From: Armatimonadota bacterium
Lineage (GTDB): Bacteria; Armatimonadota; UBA5829; DTLH01
Assembly (NCBI GenBank): GCA_039680575.1
Contig: JBDKSP010000071.1
Location: 1-64,000 of the forward strand
DNA: 64,000 nucleotides
Reading direction: 5' to 3'
This document shows, one piece after another, positions 56,874-64,000 of this stretch (within the stretch, counting starts at the first letter, position 1; the number at the start of each line of letters is the position of its first letter). Below the pieces are notes generated by a model that saw nothing but the letters and a program-made list of their open reading frames with translations, made no database searches and was not told the origin of the DNA. The translations under genes and the position numbers were made by a program.

Positions 56874-58265
56874 CTAATAGATCACCTTCCGATGGCGTTC
56901 TTTGGGCGTACGGGGGAGTTCCGGCGCTATTTCGCGGCTTTCCTTGCCTGTGCTTCGGGTAATTGACCATCTGAGTAATGGAGGCGTGATGAGAGTTGTG
57001 ACTATCACCATTATGACGACAGCGGAAAAAATACCGGAAGAAATAACCGGATGTTCTCCGATCACCAGTTGCGAGCCTATCGCGGCGAATATAAGCCCGA
57101 CTTCTCCGCGGGGTATCATCCCCAGGCTGACGGATAAGCGGTCCAGCCCTTTTTCCACTATTCCCGCGGAACAGGCCAGCTTACCGATAATCGCGGCCAC
57201 AGTGAGCACGGCTGCAAACCCAAGGACTCCCACCCGTGCAAAACCGGCCAGTTGAACCTTGATACCCATCAGCACGAAGAATATCGGTATAAGGAAATCT
57301 GCAATCGGCTCGATCAGTTCGGTCAGTGTATGCTCGCCTCTGCTGATAAAATCTTCATAATGGACCTCGTCGAGCAGCAGGCCTGCTGTAAACGCGCCGA
57401 CTATCGGAGCAAGCTGGATCTGCCCGGCAATCCACGCCATAAGGAAGCAGAACGAAAGAGACAGCGCAAGCAGTATGCCTCTGGCGCGGAGCGCGGATGC
57501 AAGTTTGAAGACTCTGGGAGACAAATACCGCCCCAGCACGATGCTTCCTGCAAGGAACAATACGGCTTTGCCGATAATCCAGCCGACGCCGCCGGCCGAT
57601 ACTGCACCGCCTTTGTTGGCTGCAAGGATGATTCCCTGCACAACAGCCAGGATCACCAGCCCCTGGATGTCATCGATGACCGCGGCTCCCAGGATGATCT
57701 TGGACTCCTTCAAATGGACCTTGCCCAGGTCTTTCAGGACTCTTGCGGTGATACCCACGCTCGTTGCGCATAATGTCGCTCCGATGAAAACATGCGCGTA
57801 GACCGATTCGTTCGGGAAAAAGACAGCAGCAACGCCCCAGCCGAGAAAGAACGGGATAACGACTCCGATGGTGGCTACCAGAAGAGACGAAAGCCCTACC
57901 GAGAGCATCTCTTCGACATTCGACTCCAGCCCGACCGAAAAGAGAAGCAGGATAACGCCAAGCTCCGAAAGGCTGTTTATGATCTCATTGCCTTTGATAA
58001 ACCCAAGGGCGTCCAGACCGACAAGCCCGAGGTTCCCGATTATGACGCCGATTATCAGCTCACCCAGCACCGGTGGCTGGCCGATCCGAACGAACACATC
58101 GGCTCCGAGCTTTGCCGCTACAAGGATAACTGCAACCCCGAAGAGCACCGGAAGGATCAACTCCTCGGCCGTTGCAGGGTGAACTCCACCTGACTGGGAA
58201 TGAACAGCCACGGCAGGCAGCAACAACCCGGCGATCATAATCCAAAAGTACTTCCTTCGAAACAT
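56874..58265 (-). CDS. Cation:proton antiporter (CPA2 / NapA-like)
   Basis: GQPPVLGELI.G, ATSVGIT, AAVIDDI, GMIPRGEVG. Confidence 0.93.
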   Translation of the reverse strand: MFRRKYFWIMIAGLLLPAVAVHSQSGGVHPATAEELILPVLFGVAVILVAAKLGADVFVRIGQPPVLGELIIGVIIGNLGLVGLDALGFIKGNEIINSLSELGVILLLFSVGLESNVEEMLSVGLSSLLVATIGVVIPFFLGWGVAAVFFPNESVYAHVFIGATLCATSVGITARVLKDLGKVHLKESKIILGAAVIDDIQGLVILAVVQGIILAANKGGAVSAGGVGWIIGKAVLFLAGSIVLGRYLSPRVFKLASALRARGILLALSLSFCFLMAWIAGQIQLAPIVGAFTAGLLLDEVHYEDFISRGEHTLTELIEPIADFLIPIFFVLMGIKVQLAGFARVGVLGFAAVLTVAAIIGKLACSAGIVEKGLDRLSVSLGMIPRGEVGLIFAAIGSQLVIGEHPVISSGIFSAVVIMVIVTTLITPPLLRWSITRSTGKESREIAPELPRTPKERHRKVIY

Positions 58266-58352
58266 CGGCGGTAAATCTCTTTCTTCTCTACAATTACAAG
58301 TCCGGTATTTATGTGAAAATTTTCTCAGTAGATTCTACGCTACCGATGGCAG

Positions 58353-61211
58353 CTAGTCAATCTTCGCCATCATAAGAAGCTCTGCTATGTGGAGGGCTTT
58401 TCGCCCGCTGCAGAAATCGGCGATCTGGGAGCGGCAGGAGAACCCATCGGCGACGACATAGTCCTCTGAAGGAAGTGACCTTACGGCGGGAAGGAGCACG
58501 CGCTCGCCGATCAAGCGCGAAATTTCGTAGTGTTCTTTTTCGTAGCCGAACGCGCCAGCCATCCCGCAGCAGCCTGAGTCCAGAATCGTGAACGTGAGGC
58601 CGTCTACGCGGCTTAGAATCTTTTTCAGCGGTTCAACACCCGTGATAGCTTTCTGATGGCAGTGGCCGTGGACCAGCGCATGACCCTCCAGCCTACCTGG
58701 GCGGTAATCTTTCGCATACTCTACAAGGAACTCTTCAAGAGTGAAAGCAGCCTCAGCGACGGTGTTTGCCCGCCTGTCTTTGGCGAGACAAGGCATCTCG
58801 TCTCTGAGGGTCAGCACTTCGCTCGGCTCCAGCCCGACTATCTTCATCCCCTGCTCCACCATCGGCGCGAGAATATCTACCAGATGCTCCTGGCGGCTCC
58901 GGGCATGCTTCAGCATCCCCTTGGAGATGAACGCGCGGGCGCATGAAACGGGTTTTGGAGGCAGGATTACATCGAAACCGGCGCGCTCAAGCACTTCAAC
59001 CCCGGCCATAAGCGTCTCAGGCTTGAAATAGCTGTTGAACGCGTCATCGAGCAGAATTACATGAGGTTTATCCGTTCTTTTAACGTGATTGCGGCTGAAT
59101 TCTTTCCTGAAACTTCTTCTGGCGAGCGTCGGCAGCTTTCTATCGGGATGGACACCGGCGATACGCTTTATCAGCCCTTCAAACGGCCCTGAAGTCATCC
59201 AGTTTGCAAGCCATGGCGCAATCGAACCCATCGCAGCAAGAGAATCGATGCAGCCGTAAGCCCTGGTCTTCGCTGGTATGCCATGGATGTCGTAGTACTG
59301 GGCCAGATACTCAGCCTTGTACTTCGCCATATCGACCCCAATGGGGCACTCGCGCTTGCAGCCCTTGCATGCAATGCAGAGGTCGAGGACTTCGAGCACA
59401 CGCTTGTCGCCCATCCCGTCGAAATTGCCTTTGAGAGCCTCTCTGAGCGCGTTCGCGCGGGCGCGGGTAGAGTGCATCTCCTCCATCGTGACCATATAGC
59501 TCGGGCACATTACGCCGCTGTCGACTTTTCTACAAGTGCCTTCGCCATTACACGACTCGACAGCAAGCGCAAACCCCTTCTGCGCGCTGAAATCGAAGTA
59601 CGTAGCGGGCAGTTTAGCCGCATAATCCGGCCCGAACTTGAGGTTTTTATCCATCGGGAGCGGGTCGATGATCTTGCCGGGGTTCATAATCCCTGCCGGG
59701 TCGAAAACCCGCTTTACATCCCGGTGGAGGTCCATTATGCTCCTGCCGTAGAGCTTTGGAAGGAACTCCGCGCGGGAGATACCGTCGCCATGCTCGCCGG
59801 AGTAGACTCCGCCGAACTCTATTACGAGATCGGTAATCTCCTCGGCGATGGCGCGCATTTGCGCAATACCCTCGGCAGTCTTGAGCGTCATATCGAGCCT
59901 GATGTGCAGGCATCCCTGCCCAGCGTGGCCATATATGGCCGACCTTGTGCCGTTTTTTGCGAAAATCCGCTCCGCCCGGCGGACGTACTCACCCAGCCTG
60001 TCGGGAGGAATGGCCGTGTCCTCCACGAACTCGACAGACTTGATCTCCCCTACTCTCCTTGAAAGGAGCCCAAGCCCGGCCTCACGTACCTGCCAGACGG
60101 CTTCCTGCGCGGCGTCATCCGTAACGGTGAGACACTTCGGACTCCCCGGAAGGTCTTTCGAAAGTTTTTTGAGCGCTTCCATGTCGGAGCGGATCTGGTC
60201 TTCCTCGTCGCAGCTGAACTCCAGTATCAGCACCCCCTGGGTTGCGTGGTCGACCATAGACATCTTGTCCTTGTGCTCCGGCGACTGCCGCGCCATCTCC
60301 AGCAGCCTGTAGTCGATCATCTCAAGCGCGCGGGTGTTAGTCTGAAGGAGCGCCGGGACGGAATCGAGCGCGGAGAACCTGTCCGGGAACTCCAGAAGAG
60401 CAAGACCTTTCTTCGACGGTAGATGCGCGAGTGTGACCTCCGCCTCCGTCATTATGGCAAGCGTGCCTTCAGAGCCTGTAACGAGGTCCGCAAGGTTGAA
60501 CTTTTCAGCCGCGAGGACAGTATCGAAGTTATAGCCGGAAACCCTGCGCGGGATTTTCGGGTATCTCTCGTCGATCTCGTCCCTGTGCGGAGTGATGAGT
60601 TCGAGCACTTTCGATGCAATCATTCCCGCTCTATCGCAGCTTTTCGCAAGCGATTCTATCTCTTCGAGCGTCTTCGGCCCAAAATCGACCACGGTACCAT
60701 CTGACAAGATGCACTTCATCCCCGAAACGTGGTCGCCGGTCTTGCCGTAGACAAGTGAATGGGAGCCGCTGGAGTTGTTTGCTATCATCCCGCCGATGTT
60801 GCACCTGTTCTGGGTGGCGGGATCAGGGCCGAGGGTGAGGTTGTAGCGCTTCAGCGCCTGGTTCAGTTGAAGCAGACGGACTCCAGGCTGGACCCTGGCG
60901 ATTTTCCGCTCAGAGTCCAGCTCGATTATCCTGTCCATATATTTCGAGAAGTCGATTATGAGCGACTCCCCGACCGATTGACCGGCGAGGCTCGTGCCTG
61001 CCCCGCGCGGGGTGATCGGAATGCGCTCTTCGGAAGCGGTCTGGACAGCATGAAGCACATCCTCCGCATCCTTGGGGATTACCACGCCTATCGGCATGAA
61101 CTGGTAATTGGATGCGTCCGTGCTGTACAAAAGCCGTGAGGTATAATCGAACCTCACTTCGCCTTTCAGCCGTTCCTTCAGCGCGCGCTCTATTCGATCA
61201 TGGGTAGTCAT
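58353..61211 (-). CDS. FAD-binding and Fe-S-binding oxidoreductase (YdiJ/GlcD-GlcF fusion type)
   Basis: YSTDAS, RGAGTSLAGQ, GEHGDG, C..C..C...CP, HGHCHQK, CCGMAG. Confidence 0.93.
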   Translation of the reverse strand: MTTHDRIERALKERLKGEVRFDYTSRLLYSTDASNYQFMPIGVVIPKDAEDVLHAVQTASEERIPITPRGAGTSLAGQSVGESLIIDFSKYMDRIIELDSERKIARVQPGVRLLQLNQALKRYNLTLGPDPATQNRCNIGGMIANNSSGSHSLVYGKTGDHVSGMKCILSDGTVVDFGPKTLEEIESLAKSCDRAGMIASKVLELITPHRDEIDERYPKIPRRVSGYNFDTVLAAEKFNLADLVTGSEGTLAIMTEAEVTLAHLPSKKGLALLEFPDRFSALDSVPALLQTNTRALEMIDYRLLEMARQSPEHKDKMSMVDHATQGVLILEFSCDEEDQIRSDMEALKKLSKDLPGSPKCLTVTDDAAQEAVWQVREAGLGLLSRRVGEIKSVEFVEDTAIPPDRLGEYVRRAERIFAKNGTRSAIYGHAGQGCLHIRLDMTLKTAEGIAQMRAIAEEITDLVIEFGGVYSGEHGDGISRAEFLPKLYGRSIMDLHRDVKRVFDPAGIMNPGKIIDPLPMDKNLKFGPDYAAKLPATYFDFSAQKGFALAVESCNGEGTCRKVDSGVMCPSYMVTMEEMHSTRARANALREALKGNFDGMGDKRVLEVLDLCIACKGCKRECPIGVDMAKYKAEYLAQYYDIHGIPAKTRAYGCIDSLAAMGSIAPWLANWMTSGPFEGLIKRIAGVHPDRKLPTLARRSFRKEFSRNHVKRTDKPHVILLDDAFNSYFKPETLMAGVEVLERAGFDVILPPKPVSCARAFISKGMLKHARSRQEHLVDILAPMVEQGMKIVGLEPSEVLTLRDEMPCLAKDRRANTVAEAAFTLEEFLVEYAKDYRPGRLEGHALVHGHCHQKAITGVEPLKKILSRVDGLTFTILDSGCCGMAGAFGYEKEHYEISRLIGERVLLPAVRSLPSEDYVVADGFSCRSQIADFCSGRKALHIAELLMMAKID

Positions 61212-61228
61212 TTGTTCAGTTGAGTTTT

Positions 61229-61486
61229 ATCACGAAAGCACGAAAGGGAGAAAGCAAGAAAAGTGAATAGAATGAAAAGTCTGCTATTTCTCGGGCAGTA
61301 TTTGCAATGCTGCCCGGATAGGCCGGATAGGGATCTATAGATCCCGGTCAATCAACTATAATCGATCTCCCGGCATCAGAGATGCCTCATTTGCCTCTGC
61401 GGGAGGAATTGCAAATCCCTCCCGAGTTGTTTCGACCGCTACTACATTCCCTATTTCGTGTTTTCCTAATTTCGTGCTTTCGTGAT
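61229..61486. repeat. Nested palindromic element: outer 17-bp IR with an inner REP-like pair
   Basis: ATCACGAAAGCACGAAA (61229) / TTTCGTGCTTTCGTGAT (61470); inner CTCGGGCAGTATTTGCAATGCTGCCCG (61290) / CGGGAGGAATTGCAAATCCCTCCCGAG (61400). Confidence 0.75.
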
Positions 61487-61495
61487 TAAAATAAA

Positions 61496-63331
61496 TCAGA
61501 CAAACTCGTAAGTGTTGCCGGATTTGCGCTTCTCCAGTTTCAGCTTATTGACGCTGTCTTCCATGCCGCCGGGGCGGTTGCGGAGAAGCCATACATCGTC
61601 GTGCTTCTCCTTTAATGCCTTTACCTTCGCGGCGAAATTCTTCGGTTTCTCGGCGCCCAGCCTCATCTTTCCCACATCTACGGAAAGCCGAAGCATGGAA
61701 ATCGCATATTCGAACTCTTCGAGGACGATATCCGCGTCCTCAAAAGTCATCTTGTCGCGTACGAATCCGTCTTCGATCTCGTCAATCCGCTTCTCCATCT
61801 CTTCGAACTCGCTCATCTCGATGCCTTCGATGACTGATTCGTCGTCAATCGGCCTAAAAAGCATCTGCCATGGGACTGAATTGTTGCCCGTCTTCTTCTT
61901 GAACACCAGGTAGATGTCCGAAAGTGCATACCATACCTTGCCCGTAACTCCGCTTCTGTCTCCGAACGCATGGAGCGAGTAGTTTTCTGCCAGACCGTCT
62001 TTTACGTCGGCCTTTGCGTTCCATGAGGCCATTGCTCCGATCAGAAGCCCGAGATAAGATGTGGACAGCGGCTGCCAATGACCGTTATCGCCCCATTCGG
62101 TGTTCAGGAGGCCGGTTGCTCCATGCTTCAGGCCTTCTCTTGCGCCGCCGACGATGTTGCCGATGGCATTCTCGCCGCGTCCGACGAGCGCGTTCCACGA
62201 GGATGTACCCGGACAGACATAGAACGGAAGCCCTGCAGCCGCGAACTTCTCGCAGTTCCCCTTCCAGTCACGGCCATTCTCGTAACCCCATTCGAGGGCT
62301 ATTATGTCCTTCGGAATCTCAGGGATCAGCTCGGGATGATGCAGGACAATGTCGCCCCAGAACATCATGGTGCGGCCATGCTCTTTTACAAACTTGTGTA
62401 TCTCAAGCAGGAAGTCGAGATATACGCGGCCTCTGCCTTTTTCCTTGCACACTTTTTCGCTTCTGTCTCTACCGAGGTCGACCGTCTCATCACATCCGAC
62501 GTTGAAGAGTGAACTTGAGAAATGCGGAAGGAGTTCATCGAAGAGTCCCTTGACAAACGGCAGGCTCTGCTTGTCACCAGGGCAAAGGCTGAACGGATAG
62601 TCGAAATGTCCCCACTCGGTGTCGCAGCCATTCGGCGCCTCGGCCATCGGGAGGTATTCATCATGCTTCAGCCACCGGTCCATGTGCCCGAACGAGTTCT
62701 GGTTAGGGACCAGCTCGATGAACTGACTCTTGCAGTAAGCGTCCAGCGCCAGGATTTCCTCGCCGGTCATCGGGCTTGCCTCTTCCCAGACCTTTTCGTG
62801 GGCAAGATAGGCAAATGTGTGCTCGGTATAAAGCTGGAACTGGTTTATCTTCCAATCCGCCATGAGGTCTACCAGGTGATAGAGAGTCTCCATGTTCGGG
62901 ACCTTGTCACGGCTGATGTCCAGCATAATACCCCTGTCCGGGTAGTCCGGCCAGTCATTTATCGTAAGACATGGGACCTGGCCGTCACACTGCCTCAAGA
63001 TCTGCGCGAGAGTACATGCTCCATAGAACGCGCCTGCCGGTGTGGACGCCAGTATTTCGATCACATCCGGCTTGACGGTGAGCTTATAGCCTTCCGCATG
63101 TATATCCGCTCCGTAATCGAGCTCTATAACGAGGCCAACTTCATCTTTCGGAGCTTTCGGGCTTGCAGTTATCTCCCACTCAAGCTCTGTCTTGAGCGCA
63201 GCGGGGATGGTCGACTGCGTATCATCGGCAACGAGCTGTATATAGTTCTTGCCTTTTGTATCAAACTCGCCCTGATGGGCAGACAACTTCTTGGGTACGG
63301 GTGCTAAATAAAGGTCTTTTGCACCAGACAT
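61496..63331 (-). CDS. Glycoside hydrolase family 20 (beta-N-acetylhexosaminidase-like)
   Basis: EGYKL, RGIMLDISR, NSFGH, NVGCDE catalytic pair, FWGD. Confidence 0.9.
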   Translation of the reverse strand: MSGAKDLYLAPVPKKLSAHQGEFDTKGKNYIQLVADDTQSTIPAALKTELEWEITASPKAPKDEVGLVIELDYGADIHAEGYKLTVKPDVIEILASTPAGAFYGACTLAQILRQCDGQVPCLTINDWPDYPDRGIMLDISRDKVPNMETLYHLVDLMADWKINQFQLYTEHTFAYLAHEKVWEEASPMTGEEILALDAYCKSQFIELVPNQNSFGHMDRWLKHDEYLPMAEAPNGCDTEWGHFDYPFSLCPGDKQSLPFVKGLFDELLPHFSSSLFNVGCDETVDLGRDRSEKVCKEKGRGRVYLDFLLEIHKFVKEHGRTMMFWGDIVLHHPELIPEIPKDIIALEWGYENGRDWKGNCEKFAAAGLPFYVCPGTSSWNALVGRGENAIGNIVGGAREGLKHGATGLLNTEWGDNGHWQPLSTSYLGLLIGAMASWNAKADVKDGLAENYSLHAFGDRSGVTGKVWYALSDIYLVFKKKTGNNSVPWQMLFRPIDDESVIEGIEMSEFEEMEKRIDEIEDGFVRDKMTFEDADIVLEEFEYAISMLRLSVDVGKMRLGAEKPKNFAAKVKALKEKHDDVWLLRNRPGGMEDSVNKLKLEKRKSGNTYEFV

Positions 63332-63493
63332 TCATTTCCTCCTATGAATATACTCAACAGGCAATATTAAACCGCTTTAACTAATTGTATCACAGCGGAA
63401 GTAAAGTTTACAGGAGATAGGCAACAGAAATTTGGAGCGCTGAAAAACACTACCCCATATCTATAATACGAAAGAACGCGGCGGTTATTTTCC

Positions 63494-64000
63494 TTAATAA
63501 GCGTCAGTTTTCAACAGAAGCGCCTCGACACCCTCCATAAGCTCATCCAGCGTGGAAGCAGCAGCGGACAGGGAGGCAAGGCGGGTGACTATCTCCTCTG
63601 CCTCGGCTCCGGTGAAGTTTCTATCGCGGAACGTCTCCGGCCTGAAAACCACCAGCTTTTTACCTGAATCCAAAGCGGCTGATGCTGTCTTGAGGTTGGT
63701 CAAATTCCACGCACCGCACGGCATATCGGAGACAATTACGACATCGGCGGCCTGGGACATGCGAAGGTTCTCGGCTGCGGCATCATCCGGGATGGGGCTG
63801 AACGGCGGAGCCGAAATATAGGCGATTCCAAGCGCGTCGGCGACTTCCTGGTCCGTATCCCCGGTATTCAGCACACCCGCCGTGACCGAATAACCCCTCT
63901 TCAGCAGCTTTGCAAAGATCGGCGAGCCCGTCCCGCCGCCGCATATCACATGGACCTTCGGTCTGTGCTCGAACCTGGAACTCTCATCGTCCGTGACCGG
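63494..64000 (-). CDS. C-terminal part of a probable cobalamin/heme ABC transporter ATP-binding protein (partial)
   Basis: KVHVICGGGTG...AGVLNTGDTD..VA..LG...APPFSPI extension seen in such ATPases; the ORF runs off the window. Confidence 0.6.
   Translation of the reverse strand, partial: PVTDDESSRFEHRPKVHVICGGGTGSPIFAKLLKRGYSVTAGVLNTGDTDQEVADALGIAYISAPPFSPIPDDAAAENLRMSQAADVVIVSDMPCGAWNLTNLKTASAALDSGKKLVVFRPETFRDRNFTGAEAEEIVTRLASLSAAASTLDELMEGVEALLLKTDAY

Overview
Bacterial chromosomal window, probably an anaerobic member of the Armatimonadota (inferred from PEP-CTERM genes, an H-X9-DG protein and the general gene style). From left to right it carries: the 5' end of tuf with three tRNAs; a VanW protein; a four-gene [FeFe]-hydrogenase operon behind three Rex-like boxes; two tandem PEP-CTERM genes; an Lrp/aminotransferase pair; a large CBM9-like/glycosidase-like/Ig protein; a nine-gene Wzx/Wzy-type polysaccharide operon; small membrane-protein genes; a CBS-GGDEF protein; an apparent queD-HMT-MTHFR-queE operon followed by a 2-hydroxyacyl-CoA-dehydratase-like gene; two tandem ~720-aa secreted paralogs; hisD-hisB; a ~1460-aa S55 protease/beta-propeller fusion; a nucleotidyltransferase + TIM-barrel pair; and glycosidases and an FAD oxidoreductase. 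I see no transposase, integrase, reverse transcriptase or CRISPR array. The most notable signals are: (i) a dehydratase-like Fe-S gene linked to queuosine genes; (ii) a recurring SigB/SigF-like promoter motif, one copy of which points at an orphan ~100-nt structured RNA converging on the nucleotidyltransferase operon; (iii) a hydrogenase beta subunit with non-bifurcating signatures; (iv) a circularly permuted SpoIVB-type protease; and (v) nested palindromic repeat and MITE families in the intergenic DNA. All calls come from reading the sequence by eye, with no database searches.
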